Source: Trichosphaerium sp. ATCC 40318 (Eukaryota; Protista; Tubulinea). Taken from it: DNA of 64,000 bases. Positions 1 to 11,611 of the stretch are shown here, one piece after another. The stretch lies in NCBI GenBank assembly GCA_038496445.1, contig JALMLS010000420.1, positions 708,880 through 772,879 of the forward strand, written 5' to 3'. Below the pieces are notes generated by a model, which ran no database searches, was not told the DNA's origin, and saw nothing but the letters and a program-made list of their open reading frames with translations. A program made the position numbers and the translations under genes. Within the stretch, counting starts at the first letter, position 1. Every line of letters starts with the position of its first letter.

Positions 1-386
1 GATATGGCGCTTAGTGAGGTTGATGCATGCAGTTATAGTAATGGAAGAAGAAAAAAAGGAGAAACAGCATGTGCGATACATTTGTTGTTTATTGAAATTG
101 TTTTTTAAATGACCTTTTTTTTTTGTTTGGCGTTGTGTACTTAAATAAGCTCTTTAAGAAATTAATAAACTCATCCATTACGTAGCTTGCAGATGAGTAC
201 GAGATGAGTCTCCTCAGAGAAAAAATCAGAAAATTACAAGACAAAAAACACAAACTAAGAAAAAACAACAGCGAATTAAAATCAAAGCTATCAGAATCAG
301 TAACAGTCGAGTCCGAAGATGACGAAGCAGAAGAACAATCTGAACAAAAAATCCCAAAAGTAATTGACATTGAATACGTATCATAA
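1..386 (+). CDS. 3' part of a coiled-coil/acidic hypothetical protein (start uncertain, possibly outside the window)
   Basis: ORF 204-386 (LLREKIRKLQDKKHKLRKNNSELKSKL...acidic tail), preceded by an intron-like GTGCGA...CAG segment. Confidence 0.4.
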
Positions 387-1045
387 AAACCTGATGTAGT
401 GATAATAAAGACGGACGCACTGGGAGTTAGAATGTTTGTATTTTTCATTTCTAAGCGCAGGTAATACTCGAGGTACTTTATCTAGGTGTAGTGTGGGCAA
501 TGTCAGATAATACAGACGATCGCTTGTGGAATTAGCCGTGGCAGAAAAGAAGACTGAATAGAAATAACAGAAATGAGGGATACTAACAATTTATAACGCT
601 TACAGCGTACAATTTGGTTTTTTAATGCAAATTATTTTATTGAGATGCAATTATAGCTCCACAGGCGAATTTTACGCGTGGAAATGCGCAAAATGGAACT
701 AAAACCCTCGCTTATGAATTTTTCCCGAAGTGCGATACACAGTACGTTGTCGTGTAAAGTGCACTTCACAAACCCCAGGTAAATAGCTCATAGACTTACA
801 TGTACTTAGACACAAGAGTGTGGAAGGTGTAATTTTGACTCTTATAGACTTGGAGAATTTGCAAGCGAAAAGTCCAAATTCCATCTCCAAACGTCTGTAG
901 TGCATCAATGAAAACCAACGGCCGTAAAAGCTATTTGCTGGCATAGTTTGTAAAGGTTATGAACAACCGTGCCAAACAACTTAAAAACAAGAGTATTAAG
1001 CCTATTAAGCTTGTTTGGTGACATTTACTACCAACACGAGACAAA

Positions 1046-2402
1046 ATGATGCAGTATATGCTTATAATAGCGTTGGCATTGTGTATAGGCAAAACAATGG
1101 CGTCATGTTCCGAATTTGCGCATTGCAAGTCGTGCGCCAACGCCTCTTCGTGGATTAGCAACTGTAGGTGGTGTCCTAAGGACCAACGTTGTCACGCTTA
1201 CGGCTCCCTTTTGAACACTTGTTCAGAAGATGAAAATATCAAAAACCCGATGTACTGCCCGCCAGGTACGACACCACGTGCTCGATTTATCTTCATGATC
1301 TTCACAATCTTTTTTCGGTTTTTTTTTTTTTTCAACACGAAAATCACTAATATAGTCGCATTTGACTTGCTTTGCAGCTTACTCAGCTCTTCTAGTAAAC
1401 AAGCAAACTGATTTTGATCTCAATATGGCGTATGCTATGCTTGGGTACAGCAATGCCACAAAAGCTGAAGATCCAGCGTTAGCAATACCCAAAACAGCGA
1501 CGCTTCTAGGGAAATGGCTCTTTCCCGCAATAAATACTTCAACATTCGGCTTCATGGCCAAGGACGATAGTCAAAGTCAGATTATACTTGCGTTCCGCGG
1601 TACAGTCGAAATTAAACAACTAATGGAAGAAGTTCTTAACTCTGAAGGCGTACCATACCCTGGTGCTCCATGTACACTAAAAAAAAACCACTTCGATTTG
1701 AGTACTAATTTTTCATTAGCTTTGACAATTCTCAAGTATTTCTATGCTGCTTGGTTTCCATTTGTACAACCAATGAATACCATACTGAAAGAACAGCTAC
1801 AAAAACATTCTAACTATACCGTGCTCGTAACCGGCCACTCACTTGGCGCCGCTATTGCATCGCTAATGGCTTTCGAAATAGCCAGAGCGAAGATTGCAAC
1901 TCCTGTGTTGTACACTTTCGGACAACCTAGAACAGGTAGCATGGAATACGCCGATGCTCATAACAAAGCTGTACCGCAGTCATATAGGGTGGTAAACAAC
2001 AGAGATCCTGTACCACATTTGAATTTGTGCGTACCAAGCGCAACGGAAAAAAAGTGTAAATTTACACTCACTTCATGGAGCCCTTGGTACGAGACTTACC
2101 TCCAAACTTTATCCTTTTTACGTTATGTTAGGCATCACGGGACTGAGATGTTCTTTGGCGCAGGAGAATATAAAAATCAAGTCATGTGTGGATATAGAGA
2201 GTGTACACGACAACCCTTTGGAGAAGACCATTCTTGTGCTGATGGTTTTATAAACTTACCTACTGCCATATTCGCTCCTGGAGTTAGTAAATTAAAACGG
2301 ATAGTTCTTATTTCTGTATGGGCTGTAGAGCTTGTTGAACAACATACAATAGAATACTGGAAAGCACTGTCAGATGGATATTGCGGAGTCAACGCACAAT
2401 AA
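1046..2402 (+). CDS. Secreted class 3 lipase with N-terminal Cys-rich PSI-like domain (about 4 introns)
   Basis: Signal peptide; CxxCxxC...CRWC...CH module; AFRGT, GHSLG (catalytic Ser), TFGQPRTG, RVVNNRDPVPH, HHGTE and C-terminal His. Short in-frame GT-AG introns lie inside ORF 1362-2402. Confidence 0.9.
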
Positions 2403-2565
2403 AGATATTTTATATTTTATTACCAAACGCTTTTTCTGTTATGAATTATCTTTACCAGGAGTGCTGAATAAATTGTTTTTACTACTTGGCAGTTTTTTTG
2501 GACCAAGAAAATTGTACGATTGAATCAAATGCTCCAAAAAAAAACCGTTTAGATTACATAACTAC

Positions 2566-2847
2566 ATGAAACGCGTAAAGTCACAGCCAGCTTCAAAGAA
2601 AAGGAACAACAACGCCATTCTACTAGGAGCGATTGTTTTTCCTATTGAAATTATTGTGATTATTCTACAATACGCTCCAATCGATGCACTAATCCATGTT
2701 ATGATCACGTGCAAGCTACAAAGAATACTGTAAGGCAATCTATTTTAAAACAATTATTATGTGGCAATGACACATGAAGGGTTTAAAGCAATTGCAGGTG
2801 TTCATGGAATTCCCATTGATCAAAGCGCTGGGTGGTGTTCATGTTTG
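2566..2847 (+). pseudogene. Decayed F-box/LRR gene of the AGVH-repeat family
   Basis: F-box-like FPIEIIVIILQYAPIDALIHVMITCK then a stop, followed by out-of-frame remnants EGFKAIAGVH and IKALGGVH that match the repeat of 34839-36146. Confidence 0.7.
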
Positions 2848-2914
2848 ACAGTCAACAAACAATCGGTGGGCATGATGAAAATAGAAACACAATTTTATTA
2901 CAATGAGTTACACT

Positions 2915-3510
2915 TCAAGATCCCCAGTAGAAAGGCATAAATACAGAATCAGAGTTCTGTCCCAGAGATGTCTCGGCAAGAGCCACGCCAGTGGCAGCGA
3001 GCCTGTCACCAAATTTTCCAAAGACAGTCTGTGAAGTCGCTAAAACATAGTTTAGGATTTGTAAGTCTTGCTCTAGGAAGTACCTGGTAGGAGTTGGTTC
3101 CAACCGCCTCCACCCATGAGGTGAAGTTCGAAATGAAGCTTAGAGGATCCGGAGCTATCACAGTTTGCCGATGCACCGTCGTAGTAGTAGACAGTGTTCA
3201 TTATACAATTGTTGTAATGCATTCTGCTGATGGTGATACTTTTAAATTGACTTTTTGGATTTGCCAACCCATTAACAAAGTCGATAATATGCTCACCAGC
3301 TTGTTTCCATGTTGTAGATGACTCTAAGAGACTGTAAGAAGCGTTTGATACGTGTTGGGCGTTATTTTTAGATAACCTTTCTGTACCTTCGTAAAACACT
3401 TTGCATAGTAGTTTACGCTCCTCCGGAGCTTTTTTGGTTGGTTTCGAGTTAATTGTAATGTTGTATGTTCCTGGTTGTTGTAGTACGATTGTTTGTTTTG
3501 CTTCTGCCAT
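2915..3510 (-). CDS. Hypothetical protein of about 185 aa (one intron)
   Basis: ORFs 3073-3510 and 2915-3103 join in frame through a GTACTT...TTTTAG intron (..WNQLLP|ATSQTVFGKFG..); no motif recognised. Confidence 0.55.
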
Positions 3511-5021
3511 TTTGCTTGCTTGTTGTTGTTGGTTTGTTTCTTTACACTTGTGTAAATTTGTGTAAACCTTTCACTGAACCTAGTTAACCACAATTTTTCT
3601 TATTTGAACTGTTTGCAAGGATCTTGTACTGTTGTCAAATTTCGCTCAAATCCTGCGACTCTATCTGTCTGTCTTTTAGGAAGGTGGTTAGTTCTACGCA
3701 CCAAGTAATGCACTTCTTAGGAACCCTTCATTAAAATCGAGTCACCCAAGGTAGAGATGTTAACGAAGCGGTTCAGCTTGTAGCGACTTGTTGGCGTGTA
3801 AGCAGTTTAGACCCATGGCGAAGCCGTTAACATGGAAAAAAAGAGGATTGAGATGAAGAAATTAGTTTCGTTTCTTAGGTTTGTTTTATGCATTTTTTGT
3901 TAAACTGTTTTTCCCACAGTCGTTTAACTTCTGTATTGCTTTTTTGAGCGTAGAAAATGTTGTTCGACATTGTGTCACATAAAGTGCCTCAGTTTTTTAG
4001 GTAGTTTCCGGAAAAATGTGCGAAATAAGTGAGTTGCTCGTATTCACAGTTTGAGAATAAAAACCGAATTTTTGAAGTTTAAGACTTGAGACCGAAACAG
4101 CCAGTGAAAATGGGGACTGTTACAAAAACAGATTCGTTATCCCTCTACCCCAAGGAACAGCATCAGTTATCTTGTTACTTTCTTTTGTGAAAATGATAGA
4201 TTGTATAATTGCATACTTTTGTAAAGATTTTCGAAGGCCAGAAATAAAAATGTCGACTCTGTGTTGCTGTCAGTGCCTCAGAGCGAAGGCTACAAAGTAT
4301 ACTATCAGTGCCTCTAATCTGCTTGGAAGTACTTAGTCTTCGTATGTTCGAAGGTGGTGTCGTTTATTCGTACCGAGTACATAAACAAGCCTACCTTCCA
4401 CTTAGATATAGTTTGGGTATAAACACCTCGGTACGTTTGACAACTTGAACACTTTGAACTGCAGTGTATTCACATGTGAATAACGGAACAAAACTTGCGA
4501 AAATCTAATCATACAGAATGTAACCATTACCTTACTGACAATATTAAAATATCGTAAAAAAATCCTTGTTTTTGTGCCTGTGTTGAACATTCGGGTTTTT
4601 TGAAATGCCGAAGCAAACCTATCGTTAGTTACCAAACAAAAGCTTTGTTTCATGATGTAACTTTATGAAGACTATTCGTTGGTTTTATCTTTTGGCATGT
4701 TGGGAACAGTTAGCGCGACATATTGCAGAAATACCTGCCACTGACGATCTACAGATGTTTATACGTATCTAGGAAAAGATACTAGCGCGTATCACGTGCT
4801 TGAAGCATTCGCTGCGTAAACCACGCATGTGATAACCATGTTGATGCTGCACTTCGTTGTAGTAATCTTTGTACTCGCTGTACTAGCGCACCAGTAAAGC
4901 GCTTTGGCGCTCCTAGCGTATTTGCTGTAAATAGTAAGAGCTAGCGCTATTGTTACACATTCCAAGTACACATAGCATCTTTCAGTTTAGTCAAGACATT
5001 AAAACAGCGAAACAATACAAC

Positions 5022-7109
5022 ATGCGCACCTCAACACTATTGTACAACGCTCCACGTTTTTTACCATGTAACACCATTTTAGGTTGTGCTTGGTGTTGTT
5101 TTTCGCAATCGCCGCATGTGGCAGGCTCCAATACTATGGTATGTTGCTATACTACGCATTTTCATGTTGTTCTGACTTATTGTAGGGGTAAACTACGCTG
5201 GAGCTGGTAATATTTTTTCGCCGTTTTATCACGTGTGATAACGAACTAAATCGCTTTAGAATTCGGCCATGGTTCTTTCTGGCCTAGAGCAAGTACTGTA
5301 GACTATTTTAGGAGCAAGGTACTGTTGACACAAGCCTCAATAGGGCCACGCTTACATAAGCCATTAACGCTAATGTCTGTTAGCAATTATGCACTTTCCG
5401 TCTTCCTTTCTTGTGGCAACGGCTTCAACAACCAAGTGATTTCAGCGTAAGATTTGGAGAATCAGGTTATTGGAACTCGTTACAATCTGCTGTAACGATG
5501 ATAACAAACAAAGGATCATATGTAATCATTGATCCTCATAACTAGTACGTAGCAGTCTTTTTTTCGTTTTTTTTGTGTGCACTGTTTTTTTTACTGTAGT
5601 TCATGCGTTGTATTAATTTCGCGCTAGCGCTCGTTACACCTCCAACAAAAATTGTGAGGGTCCTTGGTGTGGTAGTGTTCTTGGTTCCGGTCAAGCATCT
5701 GCCGACGATTTTATTGGAATGTGGAGACTCTTTGCTGATAAGTACAAGAATAACGGCAGAGTAATCTTTGTACGTACAGATTGAGACCTGTGTACTATCT
5801 TCGCTTACCTGTACTACAGGGCCTGATGAATGAACCTCACGACTTGGGTGGTCTTGGTACCCGGGGTTGGAGAGATATTGCTCAGAGAACAATAAACGCA
5901 ATCAGACAAAGAGGTGAGTAATCATGTTCTCTGTTATGTTACAATATTAACTCTTCGAAGGCGCTAACAATCTCATACTTGTTCCTGGTAATCACTGGAC
6001 TGGCGCTCACTCTTGGATCAGCAGCGAGTGCGTTGAATATTACTCTAAGATAAGCGTACTGACGATCATACAATAGCAATGACAATAACTTTGGAAGTAT
6101 TACTGATCCTGCAAATAACTTCGCAATTGAAGTTCATAACTACTTTGACGGTGACCACTCTGGTACTTCTTCAGGATGCTCTTGTACGATTGATGATTTT
6201 ACTACCCTCAGACTTATCCATACTATAGCGAATTGCGCAAGCCAATTGAGCTCCTTTACAACCTGGGCAAGAAACAGAGGTTACAAAGCTTTCTTGGCCG
6301 AATTTGGCGGTGGAAGAAACAGTGGTTGCTCAACATGTATCAGACAAGTTCTTGAGTACGTAATTTGTGTTTGTTTTTAGACTTCTATCGCCAAAACTAA
6401 ATGTTGCTGCAGCCATATGGAATCGAACAGCAATGTTTGGATCGGTTGGACTTGGTGGGCAGCAGGAGAAGAATGGCAAGATGACTACCTATTCAACTTA
6501 CAACCTGTAAATGGAGACAGACAACAACTACCTTGGTTGACACGTGTCGCTTCATGCAGCGGTGGTAGCGGTGGTAAGTACTACATTTTTCTTCATAGCC
6601 TTTTCTAACTTTTATTAGGTCCACCACCTCCTCCTCCTCCTCCTCCTCCTCCACCACCACCTCCTCCACCACCATCGAGTGGTACTTTCACACTTCGTAA
6701 AGGGAACGGTCAGAGTCATGCCCTTGACGCTGGTCCAAATAATGTCAACAATGAGAACGTTAAACTGTGGAGGCACAATATTTACAACCCTTACCAGCAG
6801 TTTGTTGAAATAAATCGTGGAGGCGGTTTTTACTCATACAGAAAGATGAACACAAACTTTTGTTTGGATGGTGGCAATGGCGGTAGAAACGGACAAAACG
6901 TCAAAGTGTACAATTGCAACAGTGGAAACCGAAACCAACACTGGCAAAAAATCAACGTTGGAGGCGGAAAATTCAGACTTCAGAAGCGTAACTCTCCTGG
7001 ATTCTCTATTGATGGAGGTACTGGTGTTTCTAATAACCAGAATGTTAAATTATGGGCATCTAGTAACTCTAATGGAAACCAACAATGGGTGTTCACAAGT
7101 GTTCCTTAA
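5022..7109 (+). CDS. Secreted GH5 endoglucanase (GH5_5-like) + 18-Pro linker + ricin-type beta-trefoil (CBM13); about 11 introns
   Basis: Spliced product has GVNYAGAEFG, FRLPFLWQRL, IIDPHNYARY, GLMNEPHD (acid/base), GNHWTGAHSW, EVHNYFD, FLAEFG (nucleophile) and WIGWTWWAAG, then QxW-type repeats (YQQF, NQHW, NQQW). Confidence 0.93.
6621..6674 (+). repeat. CCA/CCT trinucleotide run encoding 18 consecutive prolines (interdomain linker)
   Basis: Read directly from the sequence at the start of the last GH5 exon. Confidence 0.9.
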
Positions 7110-7429
7110 AAACAAAATAAATTCAACCATTTGCAACAATACAATTCCGCTTATACAATTATCTTGTTCTACTTGTCCTATAACTTATACTTTATAAACA
7201 AAGGATTGTGGGGTTTTTTGTAGTCTGTGGTTTGGTCAATGTTGTCAAACTGGCTTCTTGTTTATTTCCTACTTGTTCAAAATCGTAAAATGGTTCACGT
7301 GGCAAATTATTTGGGTATTTTTTTTTGGAACAAGTCGAAATTTGACCATACTAAATAAACTAAATCAAGCTTGTGGCCACAATGTGCAGCTTACCCAAAG
7401 TCGCTCGAACTTTTGGCCGTGTTCACCCT

Positions 7430-8642
7430 ATGGCGGAAAAACTAAAGTACATGTGTGGCACATGGCAAGGGGACGGCTCTGGTGCGTATTTAGCGGTAAT
7501 TTAGCGTTTATAAGTGTATTGTAGGGTTTTATCCAACGATTAAACCGTTTACTTACAGCGAAACGACAAAGTACGTGCGTTTACTTCAGTAACGTTACTT
7601 ACAGCGACAGAATAGATAGTGTGCCGTCTAAACCAATTTTGACTTACAATCAAGTAACGCGCAATAAGAAAGGTACACCTATCCCCAGCGACAAGTACTG
7701 GAGCGTAATTAGTCGAAATAATCATTCTTAAATCCTGTATTTTTAAAACAGCGTCAGGGGAGATAGCACATTGCGAATCAGGGTTTATTAGGATAGTAGA
7801 AGAGCTGGACGATGATAACCATGGCGTTAAAGCCGAATTAGTACTTGCAGATAATACAGGTTTGTTGAAAAGTAACAAACTGACTGAAGACGCTAATATG
7901 CCAATACAGGGTATACTTCCATATACTCAGGTACTTCTAAGCGTACAGACACTGGTTATAAATCATTTTGGTCGACCGTTAACGTGTCAAAACCGCCATC
8001 AAACAAGAAATATGTCAGGTAGTTCATGTCACCCTTAACAAGAATTAACCATGTGTATCAGGCAACTGACTCGTGAGTTACTTTTCAACGACAACCAACT
8101 GAACTACACAATGCGGATGGCCACAGACCAAGTACGCTATAGAGCGTAGAAAAGAACTCACTGCTTACTTCTTAGGTTACTCTGCAAGATCACCTCACAG
8201 CGACTCTTCAGCTACAAGAAAGTGATAAATCGCTATACAAAGAAGTCACAGTACAAGAAACAGAGCAAAACCAGGTAATCATTTGCAATACCTTTCGCCT
8301 ACTTACCGAAATGTTAAAGGCAGACTACGCAGTAATAGACGTAAGGGAGCCAGATGAGTTGGAGAGCTCTGGAGAAATGCCTCACGCAGCAAATTTACCT
8401 CTAGGATATGTTCTCGGTCCTAACGGAAGAAAGGATGCTTACATTCAGAACTTACCCAAACATAGACCCGTGCTTGTTGTTTGTCGTGCTGGTATAAGAG
8501 CCAGACTAGCTGCAGAACAAATAGCTGGGGTACGTGTAGTTGATATAAAAAGACGTTTAATTGTCTGTAATAGTGGGGATTTGGTAATGTAGATGTTCTC
8601 AAAGGAGGTTACATTGCGTGGAAGAAGCATCAAAAGAGATAA
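7430..8642 (+). CDS. Nitrobindin (THAP4-like heme beta-barrel, DUF1794) fused to a rhodanese domain; 8 introns, about 275 aa
   Basis: Spliced: MAEKLKYMCGTWQGDGSGFYPTIKPFTYSE...KPILTYNQ...AHCESGFIR...LNYTMRMATDQVTLQDHLTATL, then VIDVREPDE...HAANLPL...VVCRAGIRA...VLKGGYIAW. Confidence 0.88.
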
Positions 8643-8836
8643 TCTCTCGCGAATGTCTTGGCAATCACTGCAATTAGATATACATTATAATCATAAACGG
8701 CAATACATTCAATACGTCACATGGCGCTCAGAAAGGAAAAAAAAGACAAATCTTGACCGCTGTTTTTTTTTCAATAGCGCGGAACCTTACAATTGTACAA
8801 ATAATACATCGTCTACGCGCGTAGTACAGTTTATCT

Positions 8837-10045
8837 ATGCTTTCGGAATTAATACTCCTTTGTTGTATCACGTCATTCTCTATCTTTTCGTGTTGTATGG
8901 TACAGTCTTTAAACAACCCTTTTTTTGATGTTTTGCATTTTATGGATGTTTTACAGTTTTTTTCAGAATTGGAGTGTTTGTCGAATAATCACGTGGTTTT
9001 ATAGGCATGCGATGTACCGAATAACATTGAAACACATTGTGCAGATGGTAGAAGTGTATTTGATTGTCCTGTAGGTAGTAGAATAGATTTACGAGGAACT
9101 AAACTATCTGTAACGTCTACAAGTGCGTAAAAGGAAAAAACGGTAAAAATCACGTGATTAATTTCTTTTTAACTAGCGGATATGCCTGATGCGTTTCTCC
9201 GTGATGAACAGATATGGATAGATGATACCAGTAGTATACGTTTCACTTACTGTCCAGTGTGGGAATCAATATTTGTAATTTACTTTGGGCCTGTACATAA
9301 TCAAGATCACATTACACTTTTTAGTGTCCCAGACAATTGCACTATCAGCAGCGACGGCCTTAATGTTATGATGATTAATGATGATGAAATAGGTGGTTGT
9401 AGTATCGGCTGTTCTGTTGCTAGTACGTATATCACTGTTTGTTTCGATCAGTTCGTCCAACATGTTAATTTCTGCTTAGGTTCTAATATCGCTAGTGGTT
9501 TTTTTGACTTTGAAAATGATGATTGCAATAAACACAACTTACTCGCAAGGATATTACCTACAGTTATCATAATAGTTGCTTTAATAGCACTAATAACATG
9601 TATAATTGTTTCTTGTTGTGTTAAATCTATAAGAAGACGAGTACGGAGACTTGTGTCTTTAAGTTTTTTGTTGAAGTAAAAAACTAACAAAATAAATCAG
9701 ATTTTCTCGTATGAAGATGACAAGCAACCGGACTCTGACAAAGGTTATTACCCTAGCAATACTCCATTTTCTAAGCAACTATAGATTCTGAAGATCCACC
9801 AGTCTCAGAGTATTCCGAAAGCGAAGACGAGCCGACACCTGCTGTTTCTTTGGTAATCTTTTTTTGTGTTTATTTTATAAACTTCTTAATTACTTTTATA
9901 GAACCCTCTGCAGATTGCCTTGGCATCTGAACTGAAAGAAAAAACAAAAACGATAGAATTAGGTACAATGAAAGACGCTGAGAAGAGCGTGGAATCAAAA
10001 GACGAAGAGAACACAAGTGTTGAAACTGTTAGCCAAACATTGTAA
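8837..10045 (+). CDS. Type I membrane protein with Cys-containing ectodomain and acidic cytosolic tail
   Basis: Signal-like MLSELILLCCITSFSIFSCCM, TM ILPTVIIIVALIALITCIIVSCCV followed by basic KSIRRR, acidic exons to TAA at 10043-10045. Confidence 0.6.
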
Positions 10046-10491
10046 CTAATTTACTTCAATTTCAACCAATTTTGGTCAGTTTCTTGTGTATATAGGTGGG
10101 CAATAAAACAACTGAATCAATAATAAGGAGCGAGAAGTTGAGCAAACCGTTATTCAATACTTTAAATGCAGGTTAGCTTGTACCTTTGACAGCTGTTTCC
10201 TAATCTCGGACATAATTTTGCCAAAAAATATCAGGTATTGCAATCTGGAGAGAAAGAAAGTACAGAATCAGTGAAACATGGATTCTTTTTTACAAGTCTA
10301 TGGTGACGCTCAATACGTTATCAATGGCATCAAGAGTTACCAAGATTAAAATAGTCGAAACAGCCTCAGGAAATCACAAATTTCTAACTACCCGTTGCTG
10401 GAAAAAAACAAATAAACATCACGAAACTAAAAGCCAGCTATGAGTAAAGAATACAGTAAGGAGACAATACAAACAGTACATGTTATAAAGT

Positions 10492-11611
10492 TTAATTCTT
10501 TATTTTTTGTTGTTTTTTTTGTCGTTTTTTTTCGCATTTAAGTGCGTATTGCTTCATTTTCTTTGAAATTTTCTTTGTGTCCTTCGCATTAGCCCAATTT
10601 CTCTTTACAGTTTTTTTGAATTCTTTTGTAGATAGAGCGTTTTTTGTGATAAATGGATGTTTCAGCAACTCTGTAATGTATGATTGATTCTCATGGCTCA
10701 AGCATTGTTCAACAAAAGAGGTGAAGTCCTTATCAAAACCCCAAATGTTACGAAATGTAATCTCAGTTTGCTTTGTAACATAAAAACTTTCGCAGAAAGA
10801 GTCATCGTGAGGTTCCACTGAGGCCATTTCGCCAACTCCAAGTTGCATGGCCATCACGCCAATGGCGTAAATGTCTGTTGATCTGCTATATCCATACAGC
10901 TGGGCATGTGGTGACACAAAACCAGATGTACCAATAAATTGTTTTGTCCTGTTTGATTTTTCTTTGGCGAGTCCAAAATCAGCCAACTGAGGAATAAAGT
11001 CTTTAGTGATCAAAATATTCTCCGCTTTTATATCTCCGTGAGTAATCCCAGATTTATGAAGCTCAAAAGCTGCTTCGAGAGTTGCTTTTACTATTGTAGC
11101 AACCTCATTAATATCTTTAAAGTGACTTAGTTCGGTGGCATCGCAGAGTGCCCTTTGCATGACCAATGAAGCACCGTCATCTTTCTCAATATAACCAACT
11201 GCCGCCATAATATTCTCTGAAGGAACAGCTCGAGATAATGTATACTCATTTTTCTAACAAAAACAGTTAGAACAATAATAAATAAACGTGGAAAAAAAAC
11301 GAAAAATTTTTACACAAAAAGAAAGCCAACAAGTTGACTTAGTGAAAAAAAAAAAATGCTGAAAGCTAAAGACGTACCAGGGTTTCAGTCAGGGCTTCGA
11401 TCTTTTCGTCGCTTTCATCAGTTTTGTTAACGACTTTGATAGCAAGCTTCTCGCCTGTTTTTCTATCTTTGGCCTTGAACACAGTGCCGCAACCGCCAGT
11501 TCCAAGAGGAATAGTAGACGTAACTTTAATGCCAGTTTTCTGAGTCCTGCCGGTAATGCCGTAGAAGAATGATCGTGCACATCTGGAAATCGATTGGATA
11601 AATTGGGCCAT
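10492..11611 (-). CDS. Ser/Thr protein kinase (STE-like), one intron
   Basis: GTGGCGTV, LAIK, HGDIKAEN, LADFG, GTSGFVSPH (APE variant), DIYAIG; exons joined ETL|KNEY. Confidence 0.9.

Noticed and set aside
2281-2330. Possible GA-AG intron in the lipase gene
   Set aside because: A canonical in-frame 42-nt GTAAAT...TAG intron explains it
7431-7440. TGGCGGAAAA as an E2F-like site
   Set aside because: It is the start of the nitrobindin coding sequence (ATG GCG GAA AAA)
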